From assembly GCA_021733985.1 (NCBI GenBank), contig JAIPJT010000008.1, positions 13,092 to 77,091 of the forward strand: a stretch of DNA of 64,000 nucleotides. The letters are read 5' to 3'. Under the pieces are notes generated by a model. It had not been told where the DNA came from. It saw nothing but the letters and a program-made list of their open reading frames with translations, and did not search any database. A program made the position numbers and the translations under genes. This document shows positions 29,300-39,930 of this stretch, one piece after another. Each line of letters opens with the position of its first letter. The first letter of the stretch is position 1. The stretch is from Victivallales bacterium (GTDB lineage Bacteria > Verrucomicrobiota > Lentisphaeria > Victivallales > GWF2-38-69).

Positions 29300-29415
29300 A
29301 CACAAGTGTATGCGATTTTATGGTTTTTTTCCTTCGTAAATGAACTTGGACATACACTTTATTTTTCAACCATATCATTTGATACGGATAAATAAACCAA
29401 TTCGTTTTGGATATA
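29300..29415 (+). repeat. Dispersed element family, copy C (full length, 116-bp core; conserved flank starts at 29285)
   Basis: ACACAAGTGTATGCGATTTTATGGTTTTTTTCCTTCGTAAATGAACTTGGACATACACTTT...GGATAAATAAACCAATTCGTTTTGGATATA. It is a direct repeat of copy B, 679 bp downstream. Confidence 0.7.
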
Positions 29416-29515
29416 ATTACGCGTATATATGAATTTCCTGTTGTTTACAATGTAATAATCTGGAAATTTTATTAGTAAAATATTAGACAGTATCATTGAT
29501 TTATAAACCTAAATA

Positions 29516-29582
29516 ACGCAGTTGATTTTGAATCTGTAGCTACGAAGCAGCAAAGCGAAGCTGTACTTCGTACTGCATACCA
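29516..29582 (+). repeat. Copy 2 of the second short repeat (ACGCAGT ... TAGCT-N29-TACTGCATACCA)
   Basis: See 10202-10260. It contains a local hairpin TACGAAGCAGC/GCTG-TA-CTTCGTA (29541-29572). Confidence 0.3.
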
Positions 29583-29637
29583 GTTAACCACGGCACATGA
29601 GTTGAAGCTAACAAAGTAGATATAGGTTCAAATTCAA

Positions 29638-32600
29638 TCATAATGATTTATCTAACAGCAACTTCTCAAAAGTTCTTAGAGCTAAAGGTTTTGAATAATA
29701 AAACCCCTGAATGTAGTCTGTATTGTTTCTAAGCATGAAATCAAGCTGTTCTTTAGTTTCCACCCCTTCCGCGAGTACTTGCATTTTAAGACTTTTAACA
29801 AGTTTTATTATTGATTTTATTATGTTTGCCGAATTGATCTTCGGATTTTCAATGTTTTGAATAAAGCTTTTATCGATTTTTACAATTGAAGTGGGAAGCT
29901 CATTTAGAGTTAGCAGAGAAGAATATCCGGTACCGAAGTCATCAAGGGAAAATTCTATATTCATAGAACTTGTGAGTTCATTCATTATTCGTTTAGCCTC
30001 TTTCAGATTTTTGAGAATTTCCGTTTCTGTAATTTCAAAATAAATCTGAGGCTTGATTTTTTTAAAATTTTTATCAAATAAATATTTTACACTGTTTATG
30101 AAATTAGGATAGAATAGCTGAACTGCTGAAATATTTATTGCAAAATAAAATTGTTTAAAATTATTTCTATTGTAAAGTGTTATATAATCTGAAAAGACTT
30201 TATTCATTATCCAGTTGCCTATAGGAATAATCTGTCCGTTACTTTCAGCTATTTCAATAAATTTCTGAATAGAATGGTTTTTGAATTCTCTACGGTTCCA
30301 CCTTAATAGAGCTTCAGCTCCTATAATCTCAGCTTTTTTATTATATACCGGCTGGTATAAAAGCGACAGCTCTTTATTATTTATTACTTCTCTCTGGACA
30401 ATTTCTATTTTTTGTCGAGTGATTATTTCTGAACTGAGTTCTTTGTCAAAAAAAGCATAAGTATTTTTCCCATACTGTTTGGCTTTATACATGGCAATAT
30501 CAGCGCGTCTCAACAGTTCTTCCGAGGACATATTAGATGAACTGCAAATTGCTATCCCGATACTGGTTGATATTTTTAAATGTATTTCTTTTACTTCAAA
30601 AGGTTCACGAATAAGATTCAGATAACGCTCTGCAATTTCATACAGGTTCTTAGTATCTTTATATCCTTCTATAAGGACCCCGAATTCGTCTCCGCTTAAC
30701 CTTGCACTGAAATCTCTTTTTCTCGCTATTTTTTTAAGGTTCACCCCCATTCTTTTTATAACTTCGTCACCAACTTTATGTCCATATGTATCGTTAATCC
30801 CTTTGAAACCGTCAATATCAATAAAAAGCAGAGCAATATTATAACTCCTGTCTTTTCGTAATATTGATTTAGATAAGAAATGTGCAAATTTGTTTCTGTT
30901 GTACAATCCAGTAAGCATATCAAAGTCTGCCTGTCTTTTCAGGTCAAGCTCATTCTGCTTAAGCTCTGTAATATCTGTATGAGCACCTATGATTCCGACA
31001 GTTTTATCTAAGGGGGCAATTATATTTGAGAATTTAACTAAATGCCATTTTACAACTTTATCTTTACCTAACATTTTTAGTTTAGCTGTAAATTCTTTAC
31101 TGAAAGTATAGTCTTTAAAATTATTGAAAAGTATTTTTATCTTTTGAAGGTCTTCAGCACAAAACAGTCTTTTATATCCTTCGAATGAATCCGGAATATC
31201 ATAAATTTCAAAACCGAGATTTATTTTTAAACCCGGAGAAATGACAAACTCTTCTTTTTCAAAGTTCCAACTGAACCATCCGCATGAAATTCTGTCAAAC
31301 GAAAAATTACTTTTACGGCACTCTTCAAATCGACTGGAGCAATTCAAGCCTTCTAAATACTTTTCGTTGCTAATATCTACTAAGAGCCCTCTAATGTGGG
31401 CTTTGTTGTAATAATAACCTCTGCTTAATAAAGTTTTCGGTAATTTATCCGTTCTTGTAACCTCTACTTTTTTATCGAAAGACATAATGTCTTTTTCATA
31501 ATTCAGGAGTTCTTCGCTTCGTTTCTTGTCATGAGGCATGATCAAACCAGTAATTTCATCTTTTGTAAAAGTTTTTTTCCCTTGATCAAGCCCAAGTATT
31601 CTATAGCCGCCTTTATCAAAAATAAAGGTTTCATTTTTAATATCATAAACGTAAGTACATGCTGAATTACCGACTAAATTATTTTCTATATTTAAAGCCT
31701 TATCAGCTGCATTAACAGCTTCATTTTTAAGCCTGGTTATATCCTCAAAAGATACAGTATATCCTAAATACTTCTTATTGTCATAATATCCTGTTATATT
31801 GATTTTTACCCAGTTTCCTGTATCAAGTTTAACTTCTTTGGTAATTTTAGTTTTTTTCTGATCAAATTCCCCTAATGCATCTATAAGTTCAAAATCATCT
31901 ATATCAATTTCCAGCTCACTGATTTTTCTTCCAATATCCTCTTCTCTTAACGATATATATTTATCAATATTTCCTTCATAGCTTTTCAAGCGGAAATCGT
32001 TATCCAGAAAGAGGAAACTTATATCTGTATTGCAGATAGCATTCTCATTATAAATATTCTTTTCATGTATTTCTTCTATCTTTTTCTCATATTCGGAGTG
32101 CAGTTTTTTTAGTTCCTGTTTCTGCTTATTAAGCTCCTGTCTTTTTTGGACAAGTTTAGTTATATCTACAATAGTAAAAAGAATGAATTCGGAATTGAAA
32201 AATTTTATCCTGTTCAAATATAAATTGCAGTAAAGTTCTTCAGTTAAAGTTGCCGGAGAAAATTTTATTTCTCTAAATTTAAATTCATCCTCTGAAGTCA
32301 GATTGGAAATTTTTTCTAATATTGTAATCATCTCACCGGAAGAGACTATCAAATTCTTTAAGTTATTGCCTTTCAGCTCTTTTTCAGGCATATTGAACAA
32401 TTTGGCTGCAGCAAGGTTGGAGTAAGTTACTTTTCCATCCCTGTTTACCAGGATTGAAGCTACAGGAAGCCTGTTAACCATATGATAAAATTTATTTTCC
32501 TGAAATTTTTCCTCTGTAATATCAAAACATACGCCTATTATCCCGGAACTCCTTCCGGACTTAACTTTATTATAACTACCGGTGAACTTAATATAACCAG

Positions 32601-35433
32601 CATGTTTTCCAGGTAAAGTAACCTTTGTTTCTCCTTTAAATAAAGACTTTTTCTTTATAGTAGCTTTTAGTTTATTCCTAAATTCACGGACTTTTGATTT
32701 AGGAAGTATTTTCTTTAGCGACAAGAGAGTTGGAGTAAAAGTTTTTTCTTTTCTTCCGAAAATATTATACATATTGGGATTCCAGCTAAATCTATAAGTT
32801 TGTAAATCCCATTCCCATATCCCCATTTTTGCAATATCAACAGCCTGTGAAAGTTTTTCTGCTTGTTGCCTGAGTTTTCCCTGTGAACGCTTGAATTCAT
32901 CTATGTCAATAAAAGTAATAACAGCTCCGTCAACCTTATTTTTCTGTGTAAGATAAGGCAGAATTTTCAAAATATAATATTTATATTGCTGAGATATAAT
33001 TTCTTTTTTGAAGACTGTTCCGTTCTTTATTACTTCATCTGTTTTTTTGACGAAATTAGAATAGTTAAAATTATGAGAAAAATTTTTAATCGATCTGCCG
33101 ATATCATCCTCTCTGAAATTAAAAAACTTCTGAACTGTGGGATTATAAAATTTAATATTCAATTTTTTGTCCACAAATATAATCCCGAAATCAGTGGACT
33201 TCATTAAATTCTGAAAATCAGAAGTCATCTCGTTCAGCTCTCTGATCTTTTCCTGATGTTCTGAATTTACAGTGTAGAGTTCTTCATTTACGGAATGCAG
33301 CTCTTCATTTGTTGACTGCAGTTCCTCATTTGAAGCAAGCAGTTCTTCGTTTGAAGACTGCAGCTCCTCGTTAGAAGTTTCAAGTTCTTCAACAGTCGTA
33401 GAAAGCTCTTCTTTTGTTTTCTGAAGCTTACTTTCATAATCGGATATTATTTGCTGAGAATAGTCATCAAGTTCATTTACTTTTACAACTTTATCTGTTT
33501 CTGTTTCACCGGAATCAATTATCTTTATTATATGGTTAATGATTTCTGAGTTATCAGACAGTACAGGATGAATAATCAAGTTTTTCCGAGTATATTCATC
33601 CTTAATTTTTATATTCTCTATTAATACTTTTTCTTTCAGTTGTTCAGCTTTAATAAGACCTGACCTGATTGCGGGTCTTATACTTTTATGAGTTACTTCC
33701 CTAATGTCCGGTTTTAGAATACCTTCTTTAAAAGTTAGGAATTCTCCTGCATCTCCGAATATATGTACCACATTATAATCCGTATCTATCATATATCCGT
33801 AGTTAATGACAGACTTCAAAGCAGTGTGATAAGTTGATAAACTTGAGTAGTCATTATTTTGGCTGTTTGGATTGTATTTTGTGTTCTCAGGATATTCTTT
33901 ATTTTTTTCTGTAATGTTTGAATAGCTCCTCTGTTCATTTTTTGAAAGAAGCCGCTCGTTCATTTTATTTATTAAAAGTTTTCTGTCACTTTTTTTTGTC
34001 TGCCTGTAAATTTTCCATTTCTGTGAAAGAACCTGCATATTCAAAATATTTTTACCAAGGGTTTCGCTCGGGCCGAGGACAAGATAACCCGGCGCATTCA
34101 GGCTGAACCTGAAAATGGAGATTAATTTTTCCTGTATCTCAGGTTTTAAGTATATAAGCAGGTTTTTGCAACTGATAAGATCCATATTTGTGAACGGCGG
34201 ATCGAGAATCAGGTTGTGTGGAGAGAAAACTATAGCATTTCTTATTTCGTTTGTTATTCGATAACCTTTTGAGGTTTTTTCAAAAAACTTTCTGAGTCTT
34301 TCAGGTGAAATTTTTTCTGCTTGTTCATTACTATAAAGGCCGGCGGCTGCTTTTTTAAGGTAATCCTCTTTAATATCTGTAGCAAATATTTTTATATTAA
34401 ACGGAAGTTTCTTTTCTATGGCAAATTCATTGAATATAATAGCGACTGAGTAGACTTCTTCACCGGTACTACAACCGGGTATCCAGATCCTTAGACTTCT
34501 GCTTTGTGCTTCAGCTATTTTAAACAATTCGGGAATTACTTTAATTTTCACTTCCTGATAAGAGTCTTCATCCCTGAAAAAAGAAGTCACGCCTATTATC
34601 AGATCGTCATGAAGCGTTTTCAGTTCATTGCTGTTTGCTGTTAACTCCTCTGCATAATCCCTGATATTATCGTAGCCTCCGGTTTTTACCCTTCTTTCTA
34701 TTCTGCGTAAGACGGTAGTAGGTTTATAATTTGATAAATCGAATTTATATCTTTCCTGGATAAGTTTAAATATTTTATCAAGCCCTTCAAAATTTTTATT
34801 CCTATTTCTGACCTCTTCAGAATATTTAAACCTGTCCGGAGCTTTTATATATTTACTTATAAGTGCAGGCATTTGTGTTACTGAACTAATTACTTCTGCA
34901 GTTCCGGTACCAATTGCTGATTTTGGCATGCCGTCAAACAAAGCAAGTTCAGGCTTTTGAACCATTACAAGACCGTTATTTTTTTTTATATTTACAATTC
35001 CCGTTGAACCATCGCTACCGGTACCGGACATAACTATTGCTACAGCGTTCCTCCCGTATTCATCTGCTAGTGATTTAAAGAAAATATTAATAGGTAAATT
35101 CAACAGGTGCTGCTCGCGCTGTTGCTTGACAAGCTTGAACTTATTTTCTTTTAAAAATACATTATTATTCGGGGGAATTAAAAAAATAGTGCCTTTAGTT
35201 ATAGGCATGTTGTCAGAAATAGTTTTGATTTTTAACTGTGTCTTTCTTGCAAGAAGCTGATCCATCAGACTGTTGAAATCAGGGGATAAGTGCTGTATCA
35301 CTACATAGGCGGTGTTTGTATCATAAAGTTCTTCGGTAATACTGTTGAAAAATTCCTGGATAGGCTCCAAACCGCCGGCTGATGCACCTATTCCTATTAC
35401 AAAAAGACCGCCTTTCTCATCACCCATTCCCAA
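29638..35433 (-). CDS. Giant multidomain signalling protein: CheB-like methylesterase, CheR-like methyltransferase, coiled coil, multiple PAS, GGDEF, EAL
   Basis: 1931-aa ORF. CheB motifs ([22 protein letters not shown]). CheR SAM site ([19 protein letters not shown]). Heptad array [31 protein letters not shown]. At least five PAS-like modules. GGDEF domain with an SGDEF site ([11 protein letters not shown]). EAL domain ([29 protein letters not shown]). Confidence 0.85.
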   Translation of the reverse strand: MGMGDEKGGLFVIGIGASAGGLEPIQEFFNSITEELYDTNTAYVVIQHLSPDFNSLMDQLLARKTQLKIKTISDNMPITKGTIFLIPPNNNVFLKENKFKLVKQQREQHLLNLPINIFFKSLADEYGRNAVAIVMSGTGSDGSTGIVNIKKNNGLVMVQKPELALFDGMPKSAIGTGTAEVISSVTQMPALISKYIKAPDRFKYSEEVRNRNKNFEGLDKIFKLIQERYKFDLSNYKPTTVLRRIERRVKTGGYDNIRDYAEELTANSNELKTLHDDLIIGVTSFFRDEDSYQEVKIKVIPELFKIAEAQSRSLRIWIPGCSTGEEVYSVAIIFNEFAIEKKLPFNIKIFATDIKEDYLKKAAAGLYSNEQAEKISPERLRKFFEKTSKGYRITNEIRNAIVFSPHNLILDPPFTNMDLISCKNLLIYLKPEIQEKLISIFRFSLNAPGYLVLGPSETLGKNILNMQVLSQKWKIYRQTKKSDRKLLINKMNERLLSKNEQRSYSNITEKNKEYPENTKYNPNSQNNDYSSLSTYHTALKSVINYGYMIDTDYNVVHIFGDAGEFLTFKEGILKPDIREVTHKSIRPAIRSGLIKAEQLKEKVLIENIKIKDEYTRKNLIIHPVLSDNSEIINHIIKIIDSGETETDKVVKVNELDDYSQQIISDYESKLQKTKEELSTTVEELETSNEELQSSNEELLASNEELQSTNEELHSVNEELYTVNSEHQEKIRELNEMTSDFQNLMKSTDFGIIFVDKKLNIKFYNPTVQKFFNFREDDIGRSIKNFSHNFNYSNFVKKTDEVIKNGTVFKKEIISQQYKYYILKILPYLTQKNKVDGAVITFIDIDEFKRSQGKLRQQAEKLSQAVDIAKMGIWEWDLQTYRFSWNPNMYNIFGRKEKTFTPTLLSLKKILPKSKVREFRNKLKATIKKKSLFKGETKVTLPGKHAGYIKFTGSYNKVKSGRSSGIIGVCFDITEEKFQENKFYHMVNRLPVASILVNRDGKVTYSNLAAAKLFNMPEKELKGNNLKNLIVSSGEMITILEKISNLTSEDEFKFREIKFSPATLTEELYCNLYLNRIKFFNSEFILFTIVDITKLVQKRQELNKQKQELKKLHSEYEKKIEEIHEKNIYNENAICNTDISFLFLDNDFRLKSYEGNIDKYISLREEDIGRKISELEIDIDDFELIDALGEFDQKKTKITKEVKLDTGNWVKINITGYYDNKKYLGYTVSFEDITRLKNEAVNAADKALNIENNLVGNSACTYVYDIKNETFIFDKGGYRILGLDQGKKTFTKDEITGLIMPHDKKRSEELLNYEKDIMSFDKKVEVTRTDKLPKTLLSRGYYYNKAHIRGLLVDISNEKYLEGLNCSSRFEECRKSNFSFDRISCGWFSWNFEKEEFVISPGLKINLGFEIYDIPDSFEGYKRLFCAEDLQKIKILFNNFKDYTFSKEFTAKLKMLGKDKVVKWHLVKFSNIIAPLDKTVGIIGAHTDITELKQNELDLKRQADFDMLTGLYNRNKFAHFLSKSILRKDRSYNIALLFIDIDGFKGINDTYGHKVGDEVIKRMGVNLKKIARKRDFSARLSGDEFGVLIEGYKDTKNLYEIAERYLNLIREPFEVKEIHLKISTSIGIAICSSSNMSSEELLRRADIAMYKAKQYGKNTYAFFDKELSSEIITRQKIEIVQREVINNKELSLLYQPVYNKKAEIIGAEALLRWNRREFKNHSIQKFIEIAESNGQIIPIGNWIMNKVFSDYITLYNRNNFKQFYFAINISAVQLFYPNFINSVKYLFDKNFKKIKPQIYFEITETEILKNLKEAKRIMNELTSSMNIEFSLDDFGTGYSSLLTLNELPTSIVKIDKSFIQNIENPKINSANIIKSIIKLVKSLKMQVLAEGVETKEQLDFMLRNNTDYIQGFYYSKPLALRTFEKLLLDKSL

Positions 35434-35921
35434 TTCCCCCTTATATTAAAATTTTTTAAATACATAAAACTATCACATATTGAGAAAACAGCGCACTTAA
35501 TTGGTAAACAACATCCAACGAACAGTAAATCAAAAAATTTAATTTTGAAATTTTAAAAACGTCTTCACTTTCTTAATACTTTGTAAGTATGACGTTAGTC
35601 CAATATTAATTCTACTGCAAAGTAAAATAAATTACCATTATTTTCCCAAATATTTCATTGCTTACCTTCGCAGTATCTCTTTTTAATAAACCTGCTTAGC
35701 TTTTCAGCCGCTTTAATATGGACAACTGGACTCTACAGCTGAACTGAAATTTCTGTTTCACACATCTAGGATTTTATTCAATTACTGATTTACTTTTATA
35801 AAACAGGCAATTTAAAAAAGAACTATTATGGTTTTTGTTACCGAAACGAATATAATTATTTAAATAAATTTACAGGTTTAGCAATTAAAAACTCGTTAAT
35901 AGAGAAAGGAAACTAAACAAA

Positions 35922-36554
35922 ATGAAAAACCTCAAACTTTTTGCCGCAAAAACGTTTATAGTATTTGCAGTTTTAGCGGCTGTTATGGTTCCTGTAACCG
36001 TATTGGCTGCAGATGATTTACCTAAGGGTGTTGTGCAGGTGTGGACGGCGGTAGAAGGAAATATCAGATATTATGTTAAGGAAGGAGATAAAGTAAAAAA
36101 AGGCGATCCCCTTTTTTTTATTTTAACAAGCGATAATAATTCGGCTATATACTTTAAAATACAAAGTCAGCTTGAATACCAGCACAAACTTTATTTACGA
36201 AGAAAAAAGCTTATAGAAACTCATGCGGTTTCACAGGAAGCTTATGATGAAGCATATGAAGGAGTATTAACTGCAGAAGCAGAACTTATATCCTACCTTG
36301 TTAAAGTTAAACTGGGGTTCTACAGAGCACCTTTTGACTGTGAAATAGTTAAACTGTTGTATGTACAGGGTTCTGGTATCGGAGACGGGAACCCGGCGAT
36401 AAATATTAGATGTACTGATCCGAATTATAAATTTGAGCCTCCTGTACCCGGTGGAAAATTTATGCAAATAATTAAACTGAGCGATCAATGGGTCAATGAA
36501 AAATTGAATGATTTCGAAATGAAAAAATTTAAAAAATTAGTACATCAGAATTAG
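35922..36554 (+). CDS. Small secreted protein with a biotin-lipoyl-like/HlyD-type hairpin fold (adaptor-like)
   Basis: 210-aa ORF with signal peptide (FAVLAAVMVPVTVLAADD). Lipoyl-like half VKEGDKVKKGDPLFFI, then a helical hairpin HAVSQEAYDEAYEGVLTAEAEL, then a second half APFDCEIVKL. Confidence 0.45.
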   Translation: MKNLKLFAAKTFIVFAVLAAVMVPVTVLAADDLPKGVVQVWTAVEGNIRYYVKEGDKVKKGDPLFFILTSDNNSAIYFKIQSQLEYQHKLYLRRKKLIETHAVSQEAYDEAYEGVLTAEAELISYLVKVKLGFYRAPFDCEIVKLLYVQGSGIGDGNPAINIRCTDPNYKFEPPVPGGKFMQIIKLSDQWVNEKLNDFEMKKFKKLVHQN

Positions 36555-36562
36555 CTACAAAG

Positions 36563-36595
36563 TTTCGGCAGATCATTTCTGATGAACTGCCGAAA
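36563..36595. terminator. Hairpin between convergent genes (possible bidirectional terminator)
   Basis: TTTCGGCAG (36563-36571) pairs with CTGCCGAAA (36587-36595), with inner ATCA/TGAT pairing. Flanking runs are only weakly T/A-rich. Confidence 0.4.
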
Positions 36596-36629
36596 TCTGC
36601 TCCAATATAGCCGCCTTCATTATTTAAAG

Positions 36630-39623
36630 TTACTTTCCGCAGCATTTTTTATATTTTTTCCCGCTTCCGCATGGACACGGGTCATTTCTGCCGACTTTTG
36701 CAGTTTCCCTGTGATAAGTTTCAACTCTCAGAGCCTCCTCGTAATTTTCAGGCATTTCGTCTTCCTGCCCCTGCATATGCTGTGCCGCCAGTTCCGAATA
36801 ACCTGATTTATCTTGGCCGAACTGCTCTATCTCCTTGTGTATAAGCTCCTGAGGAAGGTTTGCAAATATCTGTTCAAATGCTTCTATTTTTGTTGCTGAC
36901 CTGAACATATTATTCAGTATTTCCTGATTAAGTTCGTTCATCATACTTGTAAACATTTCAAATGCCTCGTGTTTATATTCCACAAGAGGATCTTTCTGTG
37001 CATATGAGCGGAGCATAATTCCCGATCTCATACCATCCATAGCATATAAATGCTCCTGCCAGAGCCTGTCTACGGCATCAAGTATTATATATCTTTGAAG
37101 ATTACTCAGTGATTCCTGATCTTCAACTGCTTCTTTAGCCTTGTAAGCATCCTCGACTTTTGTATATGCTTTCTTATTCAGTTCTTCCCCTCTCAATAAA
37201 TTACTCTCACTGTCCTGTAAATCGCTTTTAATGAAACCGAGGGGGAAAGTAGTATTCAGCCAGTTCAGAAATGAATCATAATCAAAATCAGTATTTTTAT
37301 CCGTTGCCTCTTCAAACAGATCAATTTTCTTGCCAATTTCATCGTAAACTATATCAAGCAGAATTTCCCTGGGTGTATCTGTTAACAGAACTTCTTTTCT
37401 GAATCCATAAATTATCTCTCTCTGCTTATTGAGGACATCATCGTAATCAAGCGTCCTTTTCCTAATTCCGAAATGCTGCTGTTCCACTCTTTTCTGTGCA
37501 GTTTCGATCGACCTGTTAAGCAGCGGATGCTGTAGTTCTTCCCCGTCATTAAGTCCGAGTTTACCCATTACCGATGAAATTTTATCTGAACCGAACAGAC
37601 GCATCAGATCGTCTTCAAGTGAAATATAAAATTTTGATGCTCCGGGATCGCCCTGCCTTGCACATCTTCCTCGCAACTGCCTGTCAATGCGCCTTGAATC
37701 GTGTCTGGCGCTTCCGACAACGTATAAACCGCCAAGCTCGGCGACCCCTTCTCCCAGTTTTATATCAGTCCCGCGGCCCGCCATATTTGTAGCAACTGTA
37801 ACCATTCCTCTTTGACCGGCCCTGGCAACAATATCGGCTTCTCTTTCATGATTTTTTGCGTTCAGGACATTATGCGGAATCTTTCTTCTTTTCAGCATCC
37901 TGCTTATAACTTCGGAAACATCTACTGAAACAGTACCTAGTAGAACAGGCTGTCCTCGTTTGTGGCATTCCTGTACCTCATTTGCAATTGCATTATATTT
38001 CTCTCTTTTAGTCCTGTAAATGGCATCATTGAAATCTTTACGGATGCAAGGTTTATTTGTCGGTATCATAATAACATCCATCTCATATATCTGATGAAAT
38101 TCCGTCGCCTCACTTTCAGCTGTACCGGTCATGCCTGAAAGTTTATCATACATCCTAAAATAATTCTGAATTGTAATTGATGCAAAGGTCTGGGTTTCTC
38201 CCTCAATAGCAACATCTTCCTTTGCTTCCAGCGCCTGGTGCAGCCCCTCGTTGAATCTTCGTCCGGGCATTAAGCGCCCGGTATGCTCATCTACAATAAC
38301 AACTTTGCCGTCTTTTATTACATAGTTTACATCTCTTTCAAACAAACAATAAGCTTTTATAAGCTGGGAAATATTCTGTATTCTTTCACTATCTACACCG
38401 AATTTATCCTGAAATTCCTGCTTTCTCTTAATTTTTTCCTGTTCTGTTAAAGACTGGTCACTGTCAATATTATGTAATTCCGAAAGCAGGTCCGGCAATA
38501 CAAACGCTTCAGGGTCATTAGGGCTTATTTCATTGCGTCCTTTTTCAGTAAGGTCCGCTTCGTGGCTTTTTTCATCAACAGAAAAATATAAATCTTCTTT
38601 AACTTCCTGAAGCAGTCCTCTGTTCTGGTCGCTTTTTATATTGCCCTCTACTCTTTCGAACTGCTTAAGTAGTGTTCCGTCCTGCAGTAGCCGCATTAGC
38701 TGTTTGTGTTTCGGCATTCCAAGTTTAACCTGAACAAGTTTTTTAAATGCGTTTTCTCTATCCTGAGCATTTGTATTTTCCTTATTAAGGACAGCTTTCG
38801 CTTCTTCAATCAGCCTTGAACATAACAGATTCTGCTTTCTATATATATTCGAAACAAGCGGTTTATACTTATCGTATTGATGAGAAGATACTGCAGCTGG
38901 GCCGGAAATAATAAGCGGAGTTCTGGCTTCATCTATAAGTATACTGTCCACCTCGTCAATGATAACAAAATAATGGTCTCGCTGTACAAGCTGGTCTTTG
39001 GCGGTAGACATTCCCATATCTCTCAGATAATCAAATCCAAACTCACTGTTTGTCCCGTAAGTTATATCCTTTTCGTACATCTCACGACGTTCTTCAGGTT
39101 CCATATCGTTCTGGATACAGCCGACAGTCAAACCCAGATATTCATAAAGCAGTCCCATCCATTCCGCATCACGCCTGGCATGATAGTCGCTGACCGTTAC
39201 AAGCTGACAGTTTTTTCCGGTAAGTGCATTAAGATAGAGCGGTAAGGTTGCCACTAATGTTTTTCCTTCACCGGTAGCCATTTCAGCGATACTGCTCCGG
39301 TTCAGTACAATCGCCCCTATAAGCTGAACATCAAACGGAACCATGTTCCAGATATTTTCATGCCCGCAAACTTCAAACTTTATGCCGCATAGCCTTCGGC
39401 ATGCATTCTTGACAACGGCAAAGGCCTCTATCATTATATCATTAACGGTTTCACCGTTTCTAAGCCGCTCCTTAAATTCATCAGTTTTAGCTTTCAGCTG
39501 TGCTTCTGAAAGGGTTTGATATTCCTCCTCCTGAAGTTTAATTCTTTCAACTATCGGACGAATTCGTTTTATATCTCTATCGGATTTTGTACCGAAAACT
39601 TTTGTTAAAAATTCTAAAGCCAT
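36630..39623 (-). CDS. secA: Preprotein translocase ATPase SecA
   Basis: 997-aa ORF. N-terminus LTKVFGTKSDRDIKR, Walker A MATGEGKTLVATL, DEAD-like FVIIDEVDSILIDEARTPLIISG, C-terminal zinc finger CPCGSGKKYKKCCG. Confidence 0.95.
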   Translation of the reverse strand: MALEFLTKVFGTKSDRDIKRIRPIVERIKLQEEEYQTLSEAQLKAKTDEFKERLRNGETVNDIMIEAFAVVKNACRRLCGIKFEVCGHENIWNMVPFDVQLIGAIVLNRSSIAEMATGEGKTLVATLPLYLNALTGKNCQLVTVSDYHARRDAEWMGLLYEYLGLTVGCIQNDMEPEERREMYEKDITYGTNSEFGFDYLRDMGMSTAKDQLVQRDHYFVIIDEVDSILIDEARTPLIISGPAAVSSHQYDKYKPLVSNIYRKQNLLCSRLIEEAKAVLNKENTNAQDRENAFKKLVQVKLGMPKHKQLMRLLQDGTLLKQFERVEGNIKSDQNRGLLQEVKEDLYFSVDEKSHEADLTEKGRNEISPNDPEAFVLPDLLSELHNIDSDQSLTEQEKIKRKQEFQDKFGVDSERIQNISQLIKAYCLFERDVNYVIKDGKVVIVDEHTGRLMPGRRFNEGLHQALEAKEDVAIEGETQTFASITIQNYFRMYDKLSGMTGTAESEATEFHQIYEMDVIMIPTNKPCIRKDFNDAIYRTKREKYNAIANEVQECHKRGQPVLLGTVSVDVSEVISRMLKRRKIPHNVLNAKNHEREADIVARAGQRGMVTVATNMAGRGTDIKLGEGVAELGGLYVVGSARHDSRRIDRQLRGRCARQGDPGASKFYISLEDDLMRLFGSDKISSVMGKLGLNDGEELQHPLLNRSIETAQKRVEQQHFGIRKRTLDYDDVLNKQREIIYGFRKEVLLTDTPREILLDIVYDEIGKKIDLFEEATDKNTDFDYDSFLNWLNTTFPLGFIKSDLQDSESNLLRGEELNKKAYTKVEDAYKAKEAVEDQESLSNLQRYIILDAVDRLWQEHLYAMDGMRSGIMLRSYAQKDPLVEYKHEAFEMFTSMMNELNQEILNNMFRSATKIEAFEQIFANLPQELIHKEIEQFGQDKSGYSELAAQHMQGQEDEMPENYEEALRVETYHRETAKVGRNDPCPCGSGKKYKKCCGK

Positions 39624-39930
39624 TATATTTTCTCCGGGATTTTCAGAAATTGTTTTAATTTTCGATTACTATAATACTCAGCTTAAATAAAACAAAATTT
39701 TTTATAATGATTAATATAACATACTAAATATTCATATTTTCTATCTTTACCGTAGATAAACAAATAATCTTTTTAAAAAAGTTTGAATTTTGTAAATATT
39801 TAAATATTTTTTATAAAGCTTTTATTAAAAGTTACACAAGAATCTTAAATTCTTCTAATCTTTTTTGTGCAGCTATAAATAATTTAGAAGTCATATAACA
39901 AACCGAAATAAATAAGAAATGAGGTAAAAA

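Noticed and set aside
33256-33387. Tandem 21-nt periodic repeat that could be mistaken for a CRISPR-like or satellite array
   Set aside because: It is in frame within the 1931-aa gene and encodes the heptad array [31 protein letters not shown] typical of CheBR fusion proteins. There are no spacers and no non-coding context. No CRISPR array is visible anywhere in the window.
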